A stretch of DNA of 53,530 bases from a bacterium. GTDB lineage: Bacteria; Acidobacteriota; Blastocatellia; HR10. This document shows positions 9,784-18,642 of the stretch, in pieces. The stretch covers positions 1 through 53,530 of the forward strand of contig JBEPZV010000016.1 of NCBI GenBank assembly GCA_041640655.1, in the 5' to 3' direction. The number at the start of each line of letters is the position of its first letter. The first letter of the stretch is position 1. The position numbers and the translations under genes are program-made. A model generated the notes under the pieces. The model saw nothing but the letters and a program-made list of their open reading frames with translations, was not told the origin of the DNA and did not search any database.

Positions 9784-12700
9784 TCACGCGAAGACATCCG
9801 AGGGGGATTCCAGCGCGCGCTCACTCATTGAGGCGAACGCGCGCTCGCGAATTGCTGCTTCGATTCGCGCATCCACCCCGAAGGGGAGGACCTTCCAGAA
9901 GAACCCCTTCCACTCCCCCCAGCGTTCGAGCAACTCCTGAGCACGTGGGCTCGAAGTCGCCCGAGCGTGTTCGCGCAGGAGCAGGCACACCAGCTCCTCG
10001 TCCGCATCGCCGAGCGGTACCAGACACACGAGCTCGGGATTGTATCGCCCGGGCAAGCACTCGCGCTCATCGAGGACGAAGGCCAAGCCGCCCGTCATTC
10101 CCGCTGCGAAGTTCCGGCCGACCTCGCCGAGCACGAGGATGACGCCTCCGGTCATGTATTCGCATCCGTGATCGCCGACGCCTTCGACCACGGCAATGGC
10201 TCCACTGTTGCGCACGGCGAATCGCTCGCCCGCTCGTCCGGCGGCGAAGAGCCGTCCTCCGGTCGCCCCGTAGAGGACCGTATTCCCCATGATGACATTC
10301 TCATGCCACGCATAGGATGCGCCTTCGGGCGGACGCACGATGATCTCCCCACCGTGCATCCCCTTACCGACGTAATCATTGGCGTCGCCGAAGAGGATCA
10401 TCCGCATCCCCGGCACGCAGAAGGCGCCGAAGCTCTGCCCGGCCGATCCCACGAAGCGAAGCTCGATCTCCGTCCCCGGCAGGCCCGCATCTCCATACCG
10501 CCGGACGATCTCACCGGCGATGCGGGCCCCCACCGTCCGATCCGTATTCCGAATCGGAAGTGTGAGCCGAACACTCCGCTCTCCCTCAATGGCCGGCTTC
10601 ACCTCGGGCAGGAGGCGCTCATCGAGCGTATCTGAAGATGCTCCACGACGCGCCGAATCATCACGCGCGCGCAGGCGAATGTGTGCTTGCGGCCGTCGGT
10701 CGCGCGCACCTCCCCCATGCGTCTCTTCATTTGGACCTGCATGAAGCAGCTCATTCAAGAAGAGGCGCGCCTCCCGATACGGAAGGAGAAGACCATCGGC
10801 GATGTCCGACTCATCGGCTCCCATCGCTCTCGGAATAAGGAGATCAGTCCGGCCGACGATCTCCGCCAGGTGGCGGGCTCCAAGCTGCGCGAGAATCTCT
10901 CGAACCTCTTCGGCGATGAAGAGGAAGAACCGCTCGACGTGCTCCGGACGTCCGGGGAACCGCGCGCGCAGGTCCTCGCGCTGAGAGGCCACGCCGACCG
11001 GACACGTGTTCAAGTGGCACTGTCGCGCCATCACGCAGCCGATGGCGACGAGCGCTGCTGTGCCGAATCCGAACTCATCCGCTCCCAGCAACGCTGCCAT
11101 CACGACGTCGCGCCCCGTCTTCAATCCCCCGTCCACGCGCACGCGGACGCGCTCGCGAAGGCCATTGGCACAGAGGACGCGGTGCACTTCGCTCAATCCC
11201 AGCTCCCACGGAATCCCCGCGTGTTTGATCGAGCCCAAAGGCGAGGCCCCTGTCCCCCCATCGTGGCCGCTCACGTGAATGACATCAGCCCCAGCCTTCG
11301 CCACGCCCGCTGCGATCGTCCCGATCCCCGCTTCGGCCACGAGCTTCACGGCGATGCGCGCCGAGGGATTGACCTGGCGCAGATCGTAGATGAGCTGCGC
11401 CAGGTCCTCGATCGAATAGATGTCATGATGGGGCGGGGGGGAGATGAGGGTAATGCCAGGGAGAGTGTGACGGATGCGGGCAATTTCTGGGGCGACTTTG
11501 TGCCCGGGGAGTTGTCCCCCCTCGCCCGGTTTGGACCCTTGCGCCATCTTGATCTCCAATTCGACGGCCGAACAGAGATACTCCGGCGTGACACCGAAGC
11601 GCGCCGACGCCACCTGCTTGATGACGCTGTTGGCCCAGGCTCCATCGGGGCGAGGACGATACCGCTCGGGGTCCTCACCCCCCTCGCCACTGTTGGAGCG
11701 CGCGCCGAGCCGATTCATCGCGATGGCGATCACTTCATGGGCCTCACGGCTGAGCGCCCCATGCGACATCGCCGATGTCGAGAACCGCCGCACGATCGCT
11801 TCGACCGGTTCCACCTCCTCCTTCGGAAGCGAATGGGCCGCTCGTCGAAAGTCGAGCAGGTCGCGCAACGCGGTGGGAGGCCGCTGCTCGACGGCGCGCG
11901 CGTACGCGCGAAAGGCCTCCCGATCATCCGCGCGCACCGCGCGCTGCAATGTCCGAATGACCTCGGGATTGAACGCATGGTACTCACCCTGACGACGGAA
12001 GCGATAAAACCCATGATCCTCCAGCCCGCGTGCGCTCGTTCGGAAAGCCGAATCATGAATCCGAAGGACATCCCGGGCCAACCCCTCATAACTCACTCCC
12101 CCGATGCGCGAGGGCGTGCCGGTGAAACACTCTTCCACGACATCGCGCGCTAATCCGATCGCCTCGAAGACCTGCGCGCCCTGATAGCTGAGCAGCACCG
12201 AGATGCCCATCTTCGACATGATCTTCAAAAGCCCTTTCTCCAGGGCACGGACATAGTTCTCCAGCGCCTCGGCCGGCTCCATCCCGCGCTCGCGCGCGAG
12301 GGCGCTCACCGTCTCGAAGGCGAGATGGGGATACACGGCGCTCGCCCCGTAGCCGAGCAAACAGGCGAAATGATGATCCTCGCGCGGCTCTCCGCTCTCG
12401 ACGACCAGACTCGCCCGTAATCGGAGCCCGCATCGAATCAGGTGGTGATGCACGGCTCCGACGGCCAGCAGCATCGGGATGGGCGCGCGCTCGGCATCCA
12501 CGGCGCGGTCGCTGAGCACAAGCACACGGGCGCCTTCGCGCACCGCTCGTTCCGCCTCCTCGCAGAGCCGTCGAACCGCGCGCCGAAGTCCCGCCGGCCC
12601 GTCAGCCACCGGGAAGACCGCCTCCAGACGAGCCCACCGTCCGCGATTTCGATCGAGCACCCAGGTGAGCGCCGCTTCACTGAGGATCGGACTCCGCAGC

Positions 12701-14388
12701 TTGATCAGGCGACAGGCCTCCGGCGCTTCCTCCAGCCAGTGACCGCGAGCGCCGATGAGCGTCGAGAGCGACATCACCAACTGCTCGCGCAGCGGATCAA
12801 TCGGCGGGTTCGTCACCTGAGCGAACCGCTGCTTGAAGTACGTGTAGAGCAGGCGCGGCTTCTGCGAGAGCACCGACAGCGGCGTATCGTCGCCCATGGA
12901 GCCCGTCGGCTCCTTCCCCTCCACGACCATCTGCTTGAAGAGGAAGTCCAGGTCCTCGGTCGTGTATCCGAAAACCCGCTGCTCGCGCACCAATTCATCC
13001 GTTCCTCGCACCGGCCGATCAAAAGAGGCCGCAGTCAGAGAAGATGGCCCCGTGACCAGGTGCTCCCGAACCCATCGAGCATATGGCCGATGTGCGGCCA
13101 CCGAACGCTTGATCTCCTCATTCCGAAGCAATCGTCCCTGCGCGGTATCCACGGCGAGCATCATCCCAGGCCCCAGTCGCCCCTTCTCGACAATTCGCTC
13201 TTCGGCGATCGGAAGAACTCCGACCTCCGAGGCGACGAGAACGATCCCATCCGCCGTCACCACATACCGCGCGGGTCGCAAACCGTTCCGATCCAAAGCG
13301 GCCCCGACGATCCGCCCATCGCTGAAACAGAGCGCCGCCGGCCCATCCCATGGCTCCATCAGACACTCGTGATACTCGTAGAAGGCCCGTACCTCCTCAT
13401 CCAGGTCCGCGATCCCCTCATGGACCTCCGGCACCAGCATCATCATCGCGTGCAAGAGCGAGCGCCCCGAGAGGACCAGCACTTCCAGCACATTGTCCAG
13501 GTTGGCTGAATCGCTCCCCTCCTCCCACAGGATCGGCGCCAGAAGCTCTCCATCTTCCCCCCACACCGACGCTCGAAGGTCAGCCTCTCGGGCCCGCATC
13601 CAATTCCGATTCCCCTGGAGCGTGTTGATCTCCCCATTGTGCGCGAGCATGCGAAAGGGCTGGGCGAGCCGCCAATTCGGAAGCGTATTCGTGCTGTATC
13701 GCTGATGAAAGATCGCGAACGCCGTCTTGAACGACCGATTCCGCAAATCGGGATAAAACCGCCCGAGCTGCGACGAGACCATGAGTCCCTTGTAGACGAT
13801 CGTGCGATGCGAGAGGGAGACAATATAGGTCGAGAGCGCCGCCTCGCGCATCCGCCGCTCGATCAGTTTTCGAAGCAGATACAGCTCGCGCTCGAAGCGC
13901 TCGCCCGAACACGGTGCCTCCCCACTGGAGATCAGAAACTGCTCGATCGCTGGACACTCGGCTGCCGCCTTCTCACCGAGCACATCGAGGACGACCGGCA
14001 CCGAACGCCACCCGATCCACCGCACGCCCAATCGGCCGGGCCGACACGGCCATTCTCGCACCGTCTCCTCGATGATCCGTCGCGCTTCGGCCAACCGCGT
14101 GCCCTCCGCAGGAAGAAACGCCATGCCAACCGCCAGTCTCTCGGTGTGGCAAAGGCGCGCGCCCCGCCGCACCGCCTCGCGCCGGAAAAATCCCTGCGGG
14201 AGCTGAAAGAGCACACCAGCTCCATCTCCCGTCTCCGCATCCGCCGAAACCGCCCCGCGATGCTGCAGCCGCCCAAGCGCCTCAAGAGCCCACGCCAGAA
14301 TCTCAGGCCGGGCCACCCCGCTCACATCGGCGACGAATCCCACGCCACAAGCATCGCGCTCTCTCAACGCCTCCCTCCACCCATCCAT
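9784..14388 (-). CDS. gltB: glutamate synthase large subunit
   Basis: ERDACGVGF (N-terminal nucleophile Cys), HQRYSTNT, MEPWDGPA, KPGEGGQLPG, CVMARQCHLNTC 3Fe-4S motif, GXGXG domain; alternative starts at 14430/14433. Confidence 0.97.
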   Translation of the reverse strand: MDGWREALRERDACGVGFVADVSGVARPEILAWALEALGRLQHRGAVSADAETGDGAGVLFQLPQGFFRREAVRRGARLCHTERLAVGMAFLPAEGTRLAEARRIIEETVREWPCRPGRLGVRWIGWRSVPVVLDVLGEKAAAECPAIEQFLISSGEAPCSGERFERELYLLRKLIERRMREAALSTYIVSLSHRTIVYKGLMVSSQLGRFYPDLRNRSFKTAFAIFHQRYSTNTLPNWRLAQPFRMLAHNGEINTLQGNRNWMRAREADLRASVWGEDGELLAPILWEEGSDSANLDNVLEVLVLSGRSLLHAMMMLVPEVHEGIADLDEEVRAFYEYHECLMEPWDGPAALCFSDGRIVGAALDRNGLRPARYVVTADGIVLVASEVGVLPIAEERIVEKGRLGPGMMLAVDTAQGRLLRNEEIKRSVAAHRPYARWVREHLVTGPSSLTAASFDRPVRGTDELVREQRVFGYTTEDLDFLFKQMVVEGKEPTGSMGDDTPLSVLSQKPRLLYTYFKQRFAQVTNPPIDPLREQLVMSLSTLIGARGHWLEEAPEACRLIKLRSPILSEAALTWVLDRNRGRWARLEAVFPVADGPAGLRRAVRRLCEEAERAVREGARVLVLSDRAVDAERAPIPMLLAVGAVHHHLIRCGLRLRASLVVESGEPREDHHFACLLGYGASAVYPHLAFETVSALARERGMEPAEALENYVRALEKGLLKIMSKMGISVLLSYQGAQVFEAIGLARDVVEECFTGTPSRIGGVSYEGLARDVLRIHDSAFRTSARGLEDHGFYRFRRQGEYHAFNPEVIRTLQRAVRADDREAFRAYARAVEQRPPTALRDLLDFRRAAHSLPKEEVEPVEAIVRRFSTSAMSHGALSREAHEVIAIAMNRLGARSNSGEGGEDPERYRPRPDGAWANSVIKQVASARFGVTPEYLCSAVELEIKMAQGSKPGEGGQLPGHKVAPEIARIRHTLPGITLISPPPHHDIYSIEDLAQLIYDLRQVNPSARIAVKLVAEAGIGTIAAGVAKAGADVIHVSGHDGGTGASPLGSIKHAGIPWELGLSEVHRVLCANGLRERVRVRVDGGLKTGRDVVMAALLGADEFGFGTAALVAIGCVMARQCHLNTCPVGVASQREDLRARFPGRPEHVERFFLFIAEEVREILAQLGARHLAEIVGRTDLLIPRAMGADESDIADGLLLPYREARLFLNELLHAGPNEETHGGGARDRRPQAHIRLRARDDSARRGASSDTLDERLLPEVKPAIEGERSVRLTLPIRNTDRTVGARIAGEIVRRYGDAGLPGTEIELRFVGSAGQSFGAFCVPGMRMILFGDANDYVGKGMHGGEIIVRPPEGASYAWHENVIMGNTVLYGATGGRLFAAGRAGERFAVRNSGAIAVVEGVGDHGCEYMTGGVILVLGEVGRNFAAGMTGGLAFVLDERECLPGRYNPELVCLVPLGDADEELVCLLLREHARATSSPRAQELLERWGEWKGFFWKVLPFGVDARIEAAIRERAFASMSERALESPSDVFA

Positions 14389-14429
14389 GCCCCTTTTGCC
14401 TCCCTCCCAAGCTCGTCGTCCAACCCCCA

Positions 14430-14633
14430 TCACACAATCTTCGCAGTCACGACTCCCCCCTCAGGCTGCGCATAGAGCGATTCAGGCAGAAGCGAAACGA
14501 CGATGTCATACTCCCGCACGTCCTTGATGAACCGCCGAATCTCTCGAAGCAGGAACTGGCGGAACTCCTGCTCCGAACCATAATGCTCACGTTGAGCTAA
14601 GAGAAACTGCATGATCTGCCCATACCTTCCCAT
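14430..14633 (-). CDS. small hypothetical protein (67 aa) directly upstream of gltB
   Basis: GGAGG SD before ATG 14633; amphipathic helical sequence; stop overlaps a possible gltB start (TGATG). Confidence 0.6.
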   Translation of the reverse strand: MGRYGQIMQFLLAQREHYGSEQEFRQFLLREIRRFIKDVREYDIVVSLLPESLYAQPEGGVVTAKIV

Positions 14634-14670
14634 AGCGATGCAACCTCCCCGTGTCTCCATGTTCCGTCTG

Positions 14671-14687
14671 AGCAACTCTTGTGCCAA
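14671..14687 (-). promoter_or_regulatory. sigma54 (-24/-12) promoter for the small ORF and gltB
   Basis: Minus strand TTGGCACAAGAGTTGCT matches TGGCAC-N5-TTGC. Confidence 0.8.
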
Positions 14688-15059
14688 AAAGAGGAGAAGG
14701 CAATCACAGGCTATCGCGCTGAAAACAAGCGACTTACACCTCGATCGCTGGGAAAGCATCCTCTCAGATTTGAACAAAAACGTACCAAATCACAAAGTTG
14801 AGACATAAAAGTAACAGTCTCTTCGTGAATTTCGGACCAGCCGTAACCGAAACCGCAGGGACCCCAAGAAACATAGCCACACTTTCGTCCCAAATTTTCT
14901 CGACTCAGAACAGATTTGATCAATAGCGCGACAATTCGAATGAGATCTTAAGCATCGGCGGCGAAAAGGCATATATGTCCCCAAGTCGCAACAATCGCCA
15001 AGCAGAGATTCTGATTTGTCATTTTCCTCAAATAAGAGAGACGATATTGTCGCGACATT

Positions 15060-15491
15060 TGGCTTCGACACTCGGTGGACGTTGTCGCCGCATATAAACC
15101 GACCCCCACCGTGTCCCTCATAGCGAACTTCGACTATGGGCGGGATACCGTTTCAAATCAACTCGGTGGAGTCCAAAAGGCCCACTGGTATGGGGGCGCT
15201 GGATATGTCCTTTATGATCTCACGACCCGATGGGCGATAGGCCTGCGGGGAGAATTCTTCAACGATCCGCAAAGCTTTCGCCTCGGATGGACCGATGCCC
15301 ATACAGGTCTTCCCACTGGACTCACTCTCCGGGAGGTGACGGGAACGGCCCGTTACAAGATCACCGAGCAACTTCTCGCCAATTTCGAATATCGGCAGGA
15401 TTTCGCCAATCATCCGGTCTTCGGCCAGAGCCCTGGGCGACAGAAGTCTCAGGGCACCATCCTCGTGGAGCTGGTCTATGTGTGGAAGTGA
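15060..15491 (+). pseudogene. C-terminal fragment of an outer-membrane beta-barrel porin (BBP2-like)
   Basis: ANFDYG, WYGGAGY, LRGEFFND, EYRQD and C-terminal VELVYVWK; no signal peptide or SD; in-frame TAA at 15033-15035. Confidence 0.6.
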
Positions 15492-15581
15492 TCCCACTGG
15501 GGACTCTCGGCATGAGAGATCCCATCCAGGATAAGCGTTTGATTTCACGCCATTCGGTCATCGGGTTCGAAACGCGGCGCC

Positions 15582-16217
15582 CTACATCCGAAATTCTCGC
15601 GCACGGCGGCGGAGCCATCCCGTCACGCTGAAGCGTTCCTTTCGGGTCGGCTGCACCTCGTGCTCCACGGTGTCGCTCCGCAGCAGGACGAAGGTCCCGG
15701 CCTGCGGCAGAATGTCGTGAGTTGTCCCGTCAGGATCGTAAATCCTCAACGCGCCCCCATCGCCCTCGCTCCATGTGGGATTCAGATAGAGGATACACGA
15801 GATCATCCGTTCGTCGGCCGTGAGGAACCGATCGCGATGCCGCCGATAAAAGGCTCCCGGAGGGAAGACGGCGTAGTGAACCTCGAACGCGATGAGTCCG
15901 AGGAACAGCGTCTCGTTCAGAGTTTGTCGCAGTCGCTCGATCTCCGCTCGGTAGATGGCTTGAATGGGCGTCGGAGCGTCCTCATCCCACCAGAGGATCC
16001 AATCCCCACGAACCTCCGAGCGAACTCGATAGCCTGCGCCGCGCCCGATACCTGCGGGTCGAAACTTCCCCTCGTGCCAGAGACGTCGCGCTTCCTCGGC
16101 CAACGCGCGAACGACCCACGCCGGGAGAACGTCCATCGCTACAGCCCATCCTCGCTCCACAAGCTGGTGGAGCGCAGCTGAGAACCGCTCTTCGGATCCC
16201 CTCCAGATGCCGTGCAT
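15582..16217 (-). CDS. 2OG-Fe(II) oxygenase (SM-20/EGLN prolyl-hydroxylase-like)
   Basis: VRGD, YRRHRD (HxD), LYLN, GGALR, HEV, RFSVTGW. Confidence 0.88.
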   Translation of the reverse strand: MHGIWRGSEERFSAALHQLVERGWAVAMDVLPAWVVRALAEEARRLWHEGKFRPAGIGRGAGYRVRSEVRGDWILWWDEDAPTPIQAIYRAEIERLRQTLNETLFLGLIAFEVHYAVFPPGAFYRRHRDRFLTADERMISCILYLNPTWSEGDGGALRIYDPDGTTHDILPQAGTFVLLRSDTVEHEVQPTRKERFSVTGWLRRRAREFRM

Positions 16218-16309
16218 ATCGGCGCTCTGGCCTGGGCGCTTTGAACGTTCTCAATTATAACGCGAGATGCGCGGGGTTCAGTTCTGCTCGAATCTGACCT
16301 TCTCCCTCC

Positions 16310-16338
16310 TTGACGCCAATGGCGAAGGTGGATAGGCT
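16310..16338 (+). promoter_or_regulatory. putative sigma70 promoter of the D-aminoacylase gene
   Basis: TTGACG-17 bp-TAGGCT. Confidence 0.5.
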
Positions 16339-16344
16339 CCCCTT

Positions 16345-17928
16345 GTGGGGATGAGGAAGTGGGTCCGCGTCTTAATGCGGTGGATGCTCACATCGCTCCT
16401 GATCGGGAGCGCGATGTGGTCATCTCATCCCTCCTCAGCATCATCCTCCTCGGCATCCGCTTCGTCATCTCCAGCCTCATGGGTGATCGTGGGAGCGACC
16501 ATTGTGGATGGCAGCGGTCGACGGCGTTTCCGCGCCAACGTTCGCATCTCCGGTGACCGCATCGCCCGCGTCGGACGGTTCGCGCCCGGACCCAACGAGC
16601 GGGTGCTGCACGCCTCAGGCCTTGTTCTCGCTCCTGGCTTCATTGACCTTCACAATCATTCTGATCGCGGGCTTGAGGCGGAGCCGACGGCGACCAGCCA
16701 GATCGCTCAAGGGATCACGACGCTCGCGCTTGGCTTGGACGGCAGTTCCCCCTGGCCGATCGCCGATTATCTTCAGAGGCGTCGAGAACGTCCGGCGGCG
16801 GTCAACATCCTACTCTTCGTCGGCCATGCCACAGTGCGCCAACTCGTCATGGGGCGTGAGACGAACCGACCGGCCTCCGAGCGTGAGATCACGGAGATGG
16901 AACGGCTCGTCGAGCAAGGGATGCGGGAAGGTGCCTTCGGACTCTCCACCGGTCTCGAATATGACGTCGGCTACTGGAGCACGACGGAGGAGATCATCGC
17001 CCTGGCGCGCGTCGCCGCGCGTCATGGAGGCCTCTATGTGAGTCACATCCGCGATGAAGGAAATCGCATGCTCGAGGCGCTCGAAGAAGCGCTGCGCATC
17101 GGTCGCGAAGCGAACGTTCCGGTCCACATCTCGCACATCAAGTTGGCGACCGCGAGCGTCTGGGGGAAAGCGCGCGAGGTCGTCGCTCGAATCGAGCGCG
17201 CCCGTCAGGCGGGGATAGATGTCACCGCCGATGCGTACCCTTATGAGGCGTGGGCTTCGACGATCACCGTCCTGGTGCCGAGTCGTCGGCATGATGATCC
17301 CGCGGCCGTCGCGCAGGGCCTCGAGGATGTCGGAAGAGCGGACCGCATTCTCATCACGACTTGTCCCGCGCATCCTGAATATGAGGGGAAGACGCTGCAG
17401 GAGATCGCCCGGGAGCGAGGGATGACGCCGGTTCAAGTCTACATGGAGATCGTTCGCGAGGGCGGAGCTGGCGTCGTCTGCCGCTCCATGCAGGAGGCCG
17501 ATCTGCGCGTCTTTTATCGCCGACCGTGGGTCATGGTCGCCAGCGACGGGGGCATCGGCATGCGCCATCCGCGCGGTGCGGGCGCTTTCCCTCGCGTCCT
17601 CGCCCGCTATGTGCGCGAGCAACGTCTGCTCACCCTTGAAGAGGCGATTCGGAAGATGACGGGGTTGCCCGCCGCTCGTCTCGGACTGAAGGATCGCGGG
17701 CTCATTCGCGAAGGCTTCGCGGCCGACCTCGTCCTCTTCGATCCTCGGCGCGTTCAAGATCGCTCGACCTTTCGCGAGCCGCATCTGCGGCCCGTGGGCA
17801 TCGAGTATGTCTTCGTGAACGGTCGGCTCGTGTGGGAGCGGGGTCGTCCGACAGGCGAGCATCCTGGCCGCGTCCTCACACCGCTTGAGCGACCGACTGG
17901 GGAGAGGGAGAGGCCATCGGAGCGTTGA
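16345..17928 (+). CDS. N-acyl-D-amino-acid deacylase family amidohydrolase, probably secreted
   Basis: PGFIDLHNH, GLSTGLEY, SHIRDE, HISHIK, ASDGG, HPRGAGAFPR; N-terminal signal peptide and Ser-rich linker; start could be 16351. Confidence 0.88.
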   Translation: MGMRKWVRVLMRWMLTSLLIGSAMWSSHPSSASSSSASASSSPASWVIVGATIVDGSGRRRFRANVRISGDRIARVGRFAPGPNERVLHASGLVLAPGFIDLHNHSDRGLEAEPTATSQIAQGITTLALGLDGSSPWPIADYLQRRRERPAAVNILLFVGHATVRQLVMGRETNRPASEREITEMERLVEQGMREGAFGLSTGLEYDVGYWSTTEEIIALARVAARHGGLYVSHIRDEGNRMLEALEEALRIGREANVPVHISHIKLATASVWGKAREVVARIERARQAGIDVTADAYPYEAWASTITVLVPSRRHDDPAAVAQGLEDVGRADRILITTCPAHPEYEGKTLQEIARERGMTPVQVYMEIVREGGAGVVCRSMQEADLRVFYRRPWVMVASDGGIGMRHPRGAGAFPRVLARYVREQRLLTLEEAIRKMTGLPAARLGLKDRGLIREGFAADLVLFDPRRVQDRSTFREPHLRPVGIEYVFVNGRLVWERGRPTGEHPGRVLTPLERPTGERERPSER

Positions 17929-17966
17929 ACCGTTGCCGGTGATCACGGGATCAACGCTGCGCGCAT

Positions 17967-18467
17967 TCAGCCTCCATAGAAGATCTTCGGGCCGAGGTCC
18001 TTCAACCACAAGACGGCCTCATCTGGCCGCCCTTCGGGTTCGCGTCGAACACCGGCCTCGACCACCTCTCCGACGACCACAGCATGATCGCCTCGCTCGA
18101 CGACATCTGTGACGCGACATTCAACGAAGGCTGGCGCGGCCCGCAAAATGGGGCTTCCCGTCGTCCCCGCGTCATACTCATGCCCGCCGATCTGCCGCTC
18201 GTCGCTCTCGACCGGTTTGAAGAACGCGTAGGCGATCTCCCCTTGCTCCTTCCCCAGAAAATTCAACGCGAATGCTCCAGAAGAGCGCAGCACGCCGTAG
18301 ATGCGCGAATCCGTTTTGACGGCGACGACCACAAGGGGAGGCTCGAACGACGCTTGCGTCACCCAATTGACCGTCGCCGCCGCCGCTCCCTCCGATGAAC
18401 GCGATGTCAAGACATAGAGTCCGTAGGGGATCATGCGCAATGCCGTCTTCTTCGCCTTCTCGTCCAT
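17967..18467 (-). CDS. flavin reductase family protein
   Basis: IPYGLYVLT, QASFEPPL, GDHAVVVGEV, C-terminal YGG. Confidence 0.88.
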   Translation of the reverse strand: MDEKAKKTALRMIPYGLYVLTSRSSEGAAAATVNWVTQASFEPPLVVVAVKTDSRIYGVLRSSGAFALNFLGKEQGEIAYAFFKPVESDERQIGGHEYDAGTTGSPILRAAPAFVECRVTDVVERGDHAVVVGEVVEAGVRREPEGRPDEAVLWLKDLGPKIFYGG

Positions 18468-18642
18468 CCTCGCCTCCTCGAAGAGGAATCGCGAAAGGGT
18501 TCAATCTTACCAAAAGCGTTCGCTCCCCGAAAGACCGGGGGAGCGCCTGCGGCGTGTTCGGCTGTGAGACATCAGGCGGTTGACTCTCCCGCCCGAGCTT
18601 GATAATGTGATCCCGCCAAAACGCTCTTCTGGAGGGAAGATC

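Noticed and set aside
16428..16478. TCC/TCA/GCA low-complexity repeat
   Set aside because: Encodes a Ser/Ala linker after a signal peptide; not a DNA repeat element
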